DNA from: Eledone cirrhosa
Lineage: Eukaryota
NCBI GenBank assembly: GCA_964016885.1
Contig: OZ024742.1
Coordinates: forward strand, 344,410,001 to 344,474,000
Direction: 5' to 3'
DNA length: 64,000 bases
The notes below the pieces were generated by a model. That model ran no database searches. It was not told the DNA's origin and saw only the letters and a list, made by a program, of their open reading frames with translations. This document shows, piece after piece, positions 14,806 to 31,899 of this stretch (the first letter of the stretch is position 1; each line of letters opens with the position of its first letter). Both the position numbers and the translations under genes were made by a program.

Positions 14806-14899
14806 ACCCCTTGAGAAGATCGGCTATTTAAATACCAGGATAAATTTTCATTTAGTCCAGAATTAGCCGTCGAAACGGCTTGAGCTCAGCTGTCGGGGT
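14806..14899 (+). ncRNA. Type I hammerhead, U3-A8 core variant; inverted copy at 10780-10873
   Basis: acccc TTGAGAA gatcggcta...tagccgtc GAAA cggc-ttgagctca-gctg TC ggggt. Confidence 0.7.
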
Positions 14900-14990
14900 C
14901 TTACTGGTTCCTATTACCCACTCTACTACCTCAAGTATTGAGTACTTTGGTGCGTTATGGTCCACCTGGTTCCTTACCACATTTCCTTCG

Positions 14991-15019
<29 letters not shown>

Positions 15020-15023
<4 letters not shown>

Positions 15024-15212
15024 AACCAGTAAGACCCCGACGGCTGAGCTCAAGCCGTTTCGACGGCTAATTCTGGACCAGAATTAGCCGTCGAAACGGC
15101 TTGAGCTCAGCCGTCGGGGTCTTACTGGTTCCTATTACCCACTCTACTACCCCAAGTATTGAGTACTTTGGTGCGTTATGGTCCACCTGGTTCCTTACCA
15201 CATTTCCTTCGT

Positions 15213-15213
<1 letters not shown>
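15020..15213. mobile_element. Family A fold-back mini-insertion; others at 28421-28609, 30160-30352 and 36796-37022
   Basis: taggaacc... inverted arm joined to the family A 3' terminus, both ends in (TA)n. Confidence 0.8.
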
Positions 15214-17730
<2,517 letters not shown>

Positions 17731-17744
17731 TTATTTTATTTTAT

Positions 17745-17886
<142 letters not shown>

Positions 17887-18258
17887 TATATATATACACA
17901 CATATATATATATATATATATACATATATATATGGTTTGGAGATGTGAGAAAAACCACAGACCCTCCATTTCAACTCTACTTTTGAAAAGCAGAAGAACT
18001 GCGAAGCCGGTAAATGAACCAAATAAATATATATATTTATATTTTTTAAATAAGACTCCAGTTGCATTTTTGATTTCACCTTTTTTTCTTTATACTTTCA
18101 CTCGTGTAGGGCACCTTGGTTATTTTTCATTTTGTAAAAAAAACCTCACTTTCTAATATATATATATATATACATATATCTGCACATATACACATATACA
18201 TGCATATATACCTATACACACATACAAACACACACACATATATGTGTATATATATATA

Positions 18259-18997
18259 TCTGTATATATATAAAATTAAGTATGTGTATTTGTCTGTAGG
18301 TGCCTACATCTTACGACCGATATTCATGAAACTTTACAGGCTCATAGATTAGTCATCGGGGAGTGTTTTCTATATATCAGCGTATGGTTCCTTTTTATTC
18401 CGGGGTCATTCTGCAGATAGAAATTGACAGGGAGGGGGGGTCACCCTTTTTTAGGTATCGAAAAATAAGATTTTTGGCTTGAGCTCCCACATTTTGCCAC
18501 CGATTCCGTTCAAATTTTAAAGCAAAATAGAATTTATCATTGCACATCCTGTAATATCTTTATATTCTGCATTTGTTGTTCAGGGATGGCGTGGCAGCCG
18601 CTTAAATATTAAAAAATACCACTTTTAGATCAAATTTCCACTTTTTCTAGCTCGCACATTAACCAACCGATTTCGTTCAAATTCGAAACTTCGGCTCCAC
18701 CTCACACAAAAATCAATTTATTTGGTTCAACTTTTATACTACGATAGAATCTATCATTGCACATCTTATAGATGGTCAAATGTAAAACGATGGCCACTGA
18801 CGTCATTGAGTTTTAGTTATGTATTTGAGAATTCATCGGTTTCCAATCAAGTAGCGTGAGAAATTTGGTTTAGTGGTAGAGGTCATTGCCTCCCTCCCCC
18901 GCATGGCCTGTGTGTGGCCATAGATGAGTCATCGAGAAGTAGTCGCTAATATCAACACTTTTTCATCAAAGCAGATACAGCTGGGTACAGCTGCTAG
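18259..18997 (+). mobile_element. Putative non-autonomous Helitron-like element
   Basis: Starts TC-tgtatatatataaaa; internal repeated ccgatt..ttcaaatt motifs; ends in GC-rich hairpin-like sequence plus CTAG. Confidence 0.5.
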
Positions 18998-19329
18998 AAT
19001 AAAATAAATATACGTACACATACATATATATCTGCATACATATATACATATATATACCTATATACACACATATACACACATATATATACACACATACATT
19101 CATACATATACACACACCTCCACATACATGCACAACCAAAAACCTACAATAAATAGATAGATGAATCTCAAAGGTTCATAACCCACGTACATACGTACAC
19201 ATACGCGCGCGCACACACGCACGCAAGAAAAAATCAACACACGCATACAAAAAAAATCCATATACGTAAATCCATACACACATATGTACACATATATACA
19301 AACACATAACTACATACACATACACACAT

Positions 19330-19387
<58 letters not shown>

Positions 19388-20497
19388 GATAAATCTACCA
19401 AGAGTTTACGGTAGTGTCCAATCCGTATGAAGAACTCAATGTATTCCGGATATCATGGAAAGAAGAGATGTAATGAAAATCCAATTTCGGTGAAAGATAA
19501 ACGGTATACAGAGTCAAGATAAAATATTAAACAAATAATGAACAAACAATTCCTTATATTAAACAAAAAAAGTTCACTATTTAACGATCGTTTCTAGGGT
19601 ATATATGTGTTATAATTGGTATGCATATTTAACAGATCTATGTACAAAATTATACAAAATTATACAAATTATCAAGATTAAATATACATACCTAACTCAT
19701 ATATACGCCGTCTTCAGAAATAATGAAGTATATTTATTGATAATAACAACAATTCAAAATATCAGTTCAAAATTGACCAATGAAAACACAAAGGGTTAAA
19801 AAGCAGTTTGGTGTGTGTATATACATGTAAAACCCTACACACATTTTACAATAATGTGTGTATAATCTGTATGTGCATACTAAAAAGATGGATGCAAATA
19901 AAAAATTTCAAGGTTAATATCTCTGTAAGCTTAATGCGCTGATAAGATACGCAATGATACTTATGGAGTCAAGCATATAAATATATTTTTTTCATACTCA
20001 CACATATCAGTATAATCATACATACATGTGCGTATATATATAAATATACACATAACCACGAACACACAAACACACACACTCCCCCACTCACATTTATATA
20101 TGTGGATATAAAATCATAAGCAAATAGAAATTAAGTCACTCACATAAACACACTGGTACACACATTTCAAGATCAAGATACAGAAATTAGGTGGGAGGGG
20201 GGGGGGAGGGGTCAGTATTAGACTGTCAGACCAGACAACCTTAATATAAATGTATCTATAAATTATGAAAAATAAAAAAATAAAAACAATAAAATATAAT
20301 ACATATAATATAATGTACATACGCATACAGATATACATACACATACATACATGTACGCGCACATAGAGATATCTATACATACATACATACACACATACCT
20401 ATACTGTCATACACACACATACATTTACACGAACATACACATACACATATAAAAAGATATAAATACGGACACACACACGCGCAACACATACATACAT

Positions 20498-20550
<53 letters not shown>

Positions 20551-20659
20551 TATACACACACACGTAGACTCATATATATATACATACACATACATACATT
20601 TATACACAAACATATATATCCCACACTCATACCACCATAAAAACACATACAAACATCCA

Positions 20660-20710
<51 letters not shown>

Positions 20711-20925
20711 ACATACACTCACGTACACACATATGTATATATACATACACATATACATACATACACATATATATATCCACACACACACATAAAATACAGA
20801 CATGCACATATATATATATATATATATATATATTTCATTACTCTTATATATACACACAGTATATATACATACACAACCTCACTTATACACATATACACAT
20901 AAGTTATATTACAATAATAATAAAG

Positions 20926-20966
<41 letters not shown>

Positions 20967-21109
20967 TATACACACATATACACATATACATACACACACA
21001 TACACATACATACATACATACACATACATACATACACCTAAATATAAACATATATAAATACACACATACGAATAAAGACATATATTCACACATAGACACC
21101 TATATACAC

Positions 21110-21141
<32 letters not shown>

Positions 21142-21240
21142 CTATATACACACACATACACATACATACACATATATATATATATATATATAAATACACA
21201 TATACACACACGCACTCACATACAGACACACATACACACT

Positions 21241-21271
<31 letters not shown>

Positions 21272-22998
21272 GTGCATGTGAGTGTGCGCCAATACACATA
21301 TATATATATACATACACACATACAAACACACACAAACTCATACATATGCATACGCACACACACACACACATATATCACATAGATACGAGGATAAACATAT
21401 AAATAGAGAGACATACAAATATATACAAAACCCATATACACATACATACAAATACGCATATACATATATATACATATATACACACATATATATTCCTATA
21501 TACAAGCATACACATACACACACATATATACATATACATACACATATACATATCACACATTCACATACACGTACATATATAATACATATATATACATATA
21601 TATACATATATATGTATGTACAATCATATATACACACTCAATCTTACATTCATATTTACATGCTCATATATGTATTTTTATATTTAGAAATAAATACCAA
21701 AAAAACTATATAGAACACCCATCTACACATATATTCATACATATACACTTACAAAAACAGATGATAATAGTATGGGGGAAAGGGGGGGTTTGGAGAAGGG
21801 GATCAAAGTAAATATATGTTTCAAGAAACATATAATATTTTCCATATCTTAATTCAATGTATGTTCCTACATATTTTCAGTGCTAGGAAATACGAAATCT
21901 ATGCATCACAAAATAAAAAAGTATACTATTAATCATATGCCAACTAAACCAAAGATAGTCAACATATTGATTTCCAAGGTGTAAATTAGTTAGGTTTATA
22001 ATATTTGAGGCAGAATTATGAAGTCAAACAGTAGTAGATTATTAATTACATTATAACTAAATTAAAGTTAATAACGTTATGGTATCAATATTAGGAGATG
22101 AATAGGGAAAAGAAACCCAAATAAAAATAAAAATAAAATAAAGTATTACATCGGTAGTAGCATATAAATTATATGTTAACTAAGTTAAAAATTATATATT
22201 TATTTCAATAGTATATGTTAATTAGTATATGTTAATTAGGTATACAATACATAAAGCAGATATTGTATTTCATCAATAGCATAATATAATTATATGCAAA
22301 TAAAAATCAAAATTAATACGCATACACATACATATACATACACATACACATACCTATACATATACATACACATATATATATATATATATATACATATATA
22401 TACACATACATACATATATAGTCACATAAATATACATACAGATACACATACAACACACACATATACATATACATATAGATATACATATCTTTTTCAAAAA
22501 ATTTGCACAGAATATATTAACTAGGTATATATCCAAAAACACCTCCCATTCTATGATTACATGACATTCTGCAATTTGTCTGTACAATGATACTAATTTT
22601 AAGCAAATTAAAGTTAAAATTAAAGTTTTAGGTTGATTAAAGCTAAAACCAAATAATAAATATATTTCCAAAATGTATATTAATTAGGTCAATAATACTA
22701 AAAATTCTTTCTCCGTCATAGGATACATGATATTATTTTGTTATATTTTATCTGTAAAAGAATTATAATAAAAAAAATTATAATAAAAGGTTAAACTAAA
22801 TTAAAAAATTATAATAAAAGGTTAAAATAAGTTAAAATTAATCTATAAATTAAATTACTGAATATATATTAGTAATATTTAAAGGTTTTTCAAAATTAAT
22901 GATTACATAATATTTTCTTATCTGTAATAAAATATTAATTAAATTAAATTTATAGGTTAACTAACATTTAAATTAAATTAAATTCTAGAATAATGTTA

Positions 22999-24904
22999 TT
23001 AATTAGGTTTATAATATTTAAATGTTTTTTTTAGTTTATGATTACACGATATAATTAATTCCTGTCTTTTATTTAATAAGATATCCCTAGACTTCATTAT
23101 TTCAAATAGTTCTTGGGAACATAATCTACATTCCTTTCTATTATTTTGATAAGGGGTGGCTCTTTTGAGCACACTCCAGGTCAAATCATATTTTATATTT
23201 TTATTTTTATAACTATTGATTTTTTCTGCTAGAGATGTTGTATTAGCCAGTGCGGCATTTTTAAAGCTATGTTTGTGGGTATTATATCTTGTCTTAAAAT
23301 TGTTAGAGGTAGCTCCTATATATGAGCAAATAGAATCTTTAGTTTTAACATTACATTTATAGACTATGTTGTTAACAAGACAATTCCCTTTTAATGGGCA
23401 GTTTGTTTTGTTTCTACAGTTACATCCTTTCGTTAATTCTGTATTTGAGGAGATATTATTGTTAATTTGATGTACTGGTGGTATACTTATAGTTTTCTTA
23501 CATTTATATGCATTATATGCACTTATATTTTGTTTTATGTTATTTGTTGTAGAATATGAGAATTTAACTGTAGACCTATTTAAGATTTGATGGTATTTGT
23601 GGTTTGGCGGGAAGTTTTTCTCAAGGATATAAAAAAATTTTTTAGCAATATTATCTTTAACTTGTAAATTAAAAGGAGCATTATACCAAGTAACTCGTCT
23701 ATTACGGTTTCTATGTTGTTTATTATTTTTATTATTTTTATATGTTGTATCATGATTTTTACTAGGAGGAATAATGTTAATGATCTCACCACAACTATTT
23801 TTAGTTATATTTGTAGATTTAGGTGTTTTATCTTTTTTATTAGGAGTTTTATTATTAATATTTATTATAGTCTTATGATGAGTAGTTTTTTGAGGGTTAC
23901 TATACTTTATATTAAAAGATTTAGTATTTTGGGGTATACTGTGGGTGGCATTTAGGTGTGTACTTTTCATTTGGTGTTTGTTGGTAATATTATGCTGTAT
24001 GCTTTCAGTATTTTTAGTAGAAGGTATATACTCTAATCTATTTTTGTGGCCACTTCTATCTAGAGCTTCATTATAAAAGGTCGCATTTTTATCAAATACA
24101 TCTTGGTTAGAAGAAAGGTTAGAAATTCTAAGTGATATATTATATGCAAGGTTTTTAAGGATAGATTTAGGGTGATTAGATTGTGAGTGTATGTAATGTA
24201 AGTTTTGGTTAGGTTTATGGTAAGGTTGGTATATACCCGTAGCTAAATCTAAAGTTATATCTAGGAAATTTACTACTTTACTTGTTTTTTCAAAAGTAAT
24301 ATTAAGATTATAATAGTCTTTAAGGAAAGTTCTAATATGCTTTTTGTTTTTTTCGATTTCTGAAAGGCTAAGGTTGTTAGAAAGAAGAAGACAGTCATCA
24401 CGATATAAACCACCTTTGAGGTGGGGAAAAGAGGCATTTATGTTGAAAAGGAGAAAGAGGCCCACAAGATCAGTAATTTGGGCAGAATCGCTTGAACCCA
24501 TAGTAATATCAAAAAGATTACTATAAGTGTTTCTGGTCCAGTATTCATTCTGAAATTCAATAAGTGTTTGTCTAGCATGTATAATAATGTTAATGTCATC
24601 CGAAGTTAAACTAGATCTATTTTTAGCAAATATTAATGCTTTGTTCAGGAGTATGGGTGATATAGAAGAATAATAATTATCTATATCAAACTGTAGGAAA
24701 GAAGCAGAAGATTTACACCTAATATTTTTAAACCAATTAATTACCTGGGAGGTGTTTTCCCAGAGTGGTAAAATAACGTATTTTCTTATTTGTGGGATGA
24801 CTCTATCTAAAATTTTTTTGCTAATTATTCCAATATCTGATTTGGAGGGACATATAAGTCTAATAGAAGGATTAGAGTTAAAGTTAGATTTGTGATCTTT
24901 CAGG

Positions 24905-24909
<5 letters not shown>
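22999..24909 (-). CDS. 5'-truncated PLE RT + GIY-YIG ORF (AT-rich relative of family A)
   Basis: Frame appears to extend upstream of 24501 to FNLKDHK at the (TA)n; FDIDNYY, YRDDC, CNC..CPL, YIG..KTRYNTH. Confidence 0.85.
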
Positions 24910-24969
<60 letters not shown>

Positions 24970-25003
24970 GTATTTGGATTTTAGTCTTCAAATTTATTAT
25001 TAT

Positions 25004-25083
<80 letters not shown>

Positions 25084-25087
25084 GGAT

Positions 25088-25716
25088 AAAAATGAAACGA
25101 AATTACATTTCTCACTCTTAGTACGGCTGTTACTTAAATATAAGTATGTATACGTACATACATATATATATACAGATTTACAGTAGTATGTATATATATA
25201 TACATACATGCACATATATATATATGTAGGTATGGATTCACCGAACATTTATTATAATGCTCAGTGTGTTTGTAAACAAGCATCCCGTATTAAGCCGTAC
25301 AGTGTCTAGCAACAATCGTTGCTCATTTGTTCAACACTGACAAAGGAACGCTGTACTAGTTTCAAGCTTATTAGCTATCGTCAGCAACGTATACCTTCCT
25401 GTCAGATGATTGAACGTCTGAAAGTATATACTTTCGTTATGCATATTAACGGCTGAGCAGCCTAATTTGCATATCGAGTGAGTTAATCGGCCGGGCACAC
25501 CGAAAACGATAAACGTTCAATCATCTGGCAGGAAGGTATACGTTGCTGACGATAGCTAAGAAGCTTGAAACTCGTACAGCGTTCCTTTGTCAGTGTTGAA
25601 CAAATGAGCAACGATGGTTGCTAGACACTGTACGGCTTAATACGGGATGTTTGTTTACAAACACACCGAGCATTATAATAAATGTTCAGTAAATCCATAC
25701 GTACATATATGTGTGC

Positions 25717-25761
<45 letters not shown>

Positions 25762-25926
25762 CAACTGTACCCCTGTATTCATATATGTATATACGTATAC
25801 ATACTTATATATATATATATATATACATACATACATATACACATATATACATACATATACACATATCTGCATATATAAATACATATATACATACATACAT
25901 ATACACATATATGCATATATAAATAC

Positions 25927-25957
<31 letters not shown>

Positions 25958-26075
25958 TGTATATGTAAATATACACACATGCATATATATAAATACACAC
26001 ACACTCGTGCGTGCGTGTGTGTGTACATAAACATATAGGCAGACAAGCTATAAAAACTCACACACTCTCGCAGGT
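25088..26075. repeat. Inverted repeat in microsatellite context (core arms about 25230-25420 and 25510-25700)
   Basis: cattataataaatgttc...gctagacactgtacggcttaatacggg present on both strands. Confidence 0.7.
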
Positions 26076-26291
26076 GGGAGTATAATAAGGGGGTACCAAG
26101 AAATGAAAAAATGAAAAAAGAAAAAAAGAAAAAAGGTGATATTATACTCCAGAAGACTTGCCGAGTGCTTCGAATCAGTTAAAATATATAATTCACAAAA
26201 TAAGTATCCCTATGTCTATAAATGCGCGTCCACATACACATACATATATATATACACACATATATATATACAAACATACATATACATACAT

Positions 26292-26340
<49 letters not shown>

Positions 26341-26343
<3 letters not shown>

Positions 26344-26565
26344 GTTCTTAATAATTGTTTTTATTATTTTATTTCTGTTTTACTCCCCCTTGTCCTTACT
26401 TACTCACTAGGTCTTTAGTGTACTCACATAAGGTCGTATGTGAGCGCATATACTTATGTGTACATACATATATACGTGTTTTTATTATTTATATGTATGT
26501 GTGTGTCTATGTGTGTGTGTGTCTATGTGTGTATATAGATATATGTGTATATATATATATGTGTG

Positions 26566-26618
<53 letters not shown>

Positions 26619-26840
26619 ACATATATATATATATACACATATATCTATATACACACATACACGCACACACACATAGACACACACATACATATAAATAATA
26701 AAAACACGTATATATGTATGTACACATAAGTATATGCGCTCACATACCACCTTATGTGAGTACACTAAAGACCTAGTGAGTAAGTAAGGACAAGGGGAAT
26801 AAAACAAAAATAAAATAATAAAAACAATTATTAAGAACAG
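26341..26840. repeat. ~500-bp palindrome centred on a (TA)n tract
   Basis: ctgttcttaataattg... / ...caattattaagaacag. Confidence 0.75.
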
Positions 26841-27274
26841 ATAAGGGAGAAAAGGTGTGTAAAATTTGTAGTAGAGAGTGAGTGTTTGTGATGAGATCTG
26901 GATAAGGGTATATAGTTAAAAAGTGATCTGGGTAAAGGATGAAGGTGGTGGGTGTGTATGTGTTAAAGGTATGGTAGAAAGTAGGGGGGGGGGGATTATA
27001 AGTCAAATGATATTTTTTCCCCTATTTCCTTTTTGCCCGTTTTTTCAGCCTCACTTTCATATTTCCTAAATTTTGTTTTCAAATCAATATTTAATAAAAA
27101 CACCATGTATTTATTCATTCTGGCGACTGAAGACAGACACAACATCTGCCTTCAAGAAACCACTGGTAAATGAAATGATTATCTTATGTTGTTTATTACA
27201 TAACTAATAAGCTCTGTAGCCTACATAGAGCACTCTTTTTTCCTGTACCCTTCCGACGGAAATACTTCATATAT

Positions 27275-28200
<926 letters not shown>

Positions 28201-28339
28201 TATATATATATAACCAAAGATTAATATAGTTCATTGATTACTCAATGAATATAGTTTTCCAATAGATTAAAAGCACTCTACAATGAGTTTTCTGGAGTTA
28301 TTAATATTTTGAATAATATATATATATATATATATATAT

Positions 28340-28424
<85 letters not shown>

Positions 28425-28606
28425 AACCAGGTAGACCACGATGGCTGAGCTCAAGCCGTTTCGACGGCTAATTCCGAATTAGCCGTCGAAACGGCTTGAG
28501 CTCAGCCGTCGGGGTCTTACTGGTTCCTATTACCCACTCTACTACCCTAAGTATTGAGTACTTTGGTGTGTTATGGTCCACCTGGTTCCTTACCACATTT
28601 CCTTCG

Positions 28607-28660
<54 letters not shown>

Positions 28661-28707
28661 TTATATATATATGTGTGAGTATGTGTGTATATGTGTATAT
28701 ATATATA

Positions 28708-28780
<73 letters not shown>

Positions 28781-28912
28781 GTGCGTACGTGTGTATATAT
28801 GTATGCATATGTGTACGTTTGAATGTGTATATGCGTGTGTATGCATGAGAGCGTGTGTATGTATATATATGTATATATATATATATGTATATGTATATAT
28901 GTATATATATAT

Positions 28913-29070
28913 AAGTTATTCCGGGTTGAATCGGAGGTAACCACAGTAAGTAAGGTACTCAATACATAGCAGAGTATAAAAGTTTTAATATAGAAGAGCT
29001 TCTACAGGTCTAGAACTGTTTCACGAATGGAACAGTTCTAGATCTGTAGAAGCTCTTCTATATTAAATAT
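28913..29070. mobile_element. Family E fold-back mini-insertion
   Basis: gagcttctacaggtctagaactgtt / aacagttctagatctgtagaagctc. Confidence 0.75.
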
Positions 29071-29272
29071 ACATATATATATATATGTGCGTGCCTATGT
29101 ATGTACACATATTTGTATGTATGGATATATATGTGTATATATGTGTATATGTGTATGTCTGTATGTACCATTATGTATGTTTGTTGTGTGTGTGCCTACC
29201 TGTGTGTGCGTGCGTGTATCTGTGTGTACGTGTGTAAGCGGGCGAGTGTGTGTATGTGCTTGTTGACACCTG

Positions 29273-29727
29273 GAATATATATTAAGAGAAACTTCACAAT
29301 AAGAGGAATCACCCCAACACTTGAATCTGTTTATAGAACCCTTTCTGCCTTTGTCACCCTTATTCCAGCCTTAAAGAACTAGCTTCTAAAGAATTTCCCT
29401 ATTAATTAAACCATTGAACCCTACCCATCCTGTAGGCACCTGTCTTACAGGCATTGTTAGTCTAAGTGATAAATTAGGATTGGTATTCCAAATTTGATTT
29501 TGTTTACAGTATTCTTCCTGCCTTTGTTAATATAATAGCTTTAAAGAATTAGCTTTTAATGAACTCCCTTTTTTTAAAACCCTTCAACCAATGACCTCCA
29601 CCCATCCCAATCCCCACCCTCTCCTACCACCAGAAAAGAAAAGATATAAATACCACTACTTACTAGGACAGCCAGCTCCCTGATGATTTCTCACGAATGA
29701 AACAGTTCTAGTCCTGTAGAAGCTCTT
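29273..29727 (+). mobile_element. Family E 3' region with HHR at 29674-29724
   Basis: agctcc CTGATGA tttctcacgaat GAAA cag..ctg TA gaagct. Confidence 0.7.
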
Positions 29728-29761
<34 letters not shown>

Positions 29762-29789
29762 GACACATTATATATATATATATATATAT

Positions 29790-30115
29790 TTGACACACAA
29801 ACAAAATGGCGTAGGATAGAAGAAAGGAAAGGCACAGAAACGAAGAAAGAAATCCCCAGTCACTGAAGAGGTCACAGAGTGTGTGACGAAAGAACTATGA
29901 CTATATATATATAAACAACTATCTGGTTGTGGAACCAACCAACCAACCAGAAATTTATAAATTTGTAAATTTATAAATATTTAATAAATTAAATTGAAGT
30001 GAAAGCAACTGGTGCGTGTGTTTCTTATTGGCAACATGACCCTCCCAAAGTATAACAATATCGGTTTCAACACACGATTTCAGATAAAGAATCTTGCTAT
30101 ACAAATTCAGAAACG

Positions 30116-30119
<4 letters not shown>
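29790..30119 (+). mobile_element. PLE family B 3' UTR fragment with HHR
   Basis: Matches about 40250-40582. Confidence 0.8.
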
Positions 30120-30160
<41 letters not shown>

Positions 30161-30347
30161 ATAAAGGAATTGTGGTAAGGAACCAGATGGACCATAACGC
30201 ACCAGAGTACTCCATACTTAGGGTAGTAGAGTGGGAAATAGGAAAAAGTATGACTCCGACGGCAGAGCTCAACCCGTTTCGACGGCTATTTCTGGACGCA
30301 GAAATCACCGTCGAGACGGCTTGAGCTCTGCCGTCGGGGTCATACTT

Positions 30348-30393
<46 letters not shown>

Positions 30394-30446
30394 AATACGT
30401 ATGTATATATGTATATAGATGTATATATATATGTTAGTATATATAA

Positions 30447-30640
30447 TTGTTTCTACTTTTGGCACAAGGCCAGCAATTACCCAGTACATTACTGGTACTT
30501 TATTTTATCGACCCCGTAAGGTTGAAAGGCAAAGGGCAAAGTCAACCTCGGCGGGACTTGAACTCAGATCGTAAAGGGACGTAACTATGCTGGAAAGCAT
30601 GGCGTCCGACCCTCTACCGATACTGCCAATCCACCACCGT
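30447..30640 (-). mobile_element. Cephalopod-type SINE; related copies at 56532-56716 (-), 48326-48535 (+) and partials at 62203-62335
   Basis: ctgagttcaa..ccgccgaggttgactttgcctttc..cggggtcgataaaataaagtaccagt core with B-box-like GAGTTCAA. Confidence 0.7.
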
Positions 30641-30681
30641 AAGTATATATAATAATATATGTAAGTATATATCTATCTATG

Positions 30682-30842
<161 letters not shown>

Positions 30843-31556
30843 AGATTTGAATGGATACAGTTTAGTTGAAAGGAATTTATTGACACGTGTTTCTATAACA
30901 TTTACATAACCTGAAAACAGCTGCTTTCTACAAAGTATTAGTTATGCAGACATTCAATTTTTCAATGTTATTATTTACTGTCATTTCATCAGAATAATAT
31001 TACTGAGGACCTGTTTGGTTTTTATAGAGAATATTAGGAGGGAGGGGTGAAGTTGTTAGAAGAATAGTTGAGGGAGTGGTTTTTTGATAGCAGTGAGAAT
31101 TTTTGGTGGCAGTGAGTAATTAGATTCCCATCTGTTGTTTTGACATTTTTATAGAATATATTATTGGTTATTTTTCTAAATCTATAGAAGGATTAGAGAT
31201 AGTAAAGATATGCGTGGTTGGTTTTGTGTTTGCACTTAATTAACATTCAGACTTAAATTTTTCTTTCAAGTGTACGTATCCTTTCACCCACGCATTCACA
31301 CACAAACATATTTGCACACCTCTACAAAATACATATACTCACATTCACATAGTAACATGTTCATACTTACATACATATACACATGCATACATATACATAT
31401 ACACACATGTATTCATGTACATACATACGCGTTCATGTGTATACATTTTTATACTCAACTTATCTTTATATACACACGTATAGACACACATATATATACA
31501 TACATACTCTAGTCTATGTGTACATATATACATATACATATATATCTATATATATA

Positions 31557-31628
<72 letters not shown>

Positions 31629-31899
31629 CACTTTAATACATGAATACACTTACATCTAACTATACACATCAAACGTATATATATATTTACTTATTTATAT
31701 ACATTTTCACATATATATACATACTTATGGTCGCTTTTAGACACATTCATTATCGCATTTTTGCACCTATTCTCATCAGCATATCTTTCCATTATTAGTG
31801 TGGTAATTTGAGGTTATTAATATACATATATATGTTGAGAAGAGATTGTTTTTATATTTTTCTAACTAGATTGAGGTTTATATAGTTGGGGGGATGTCC

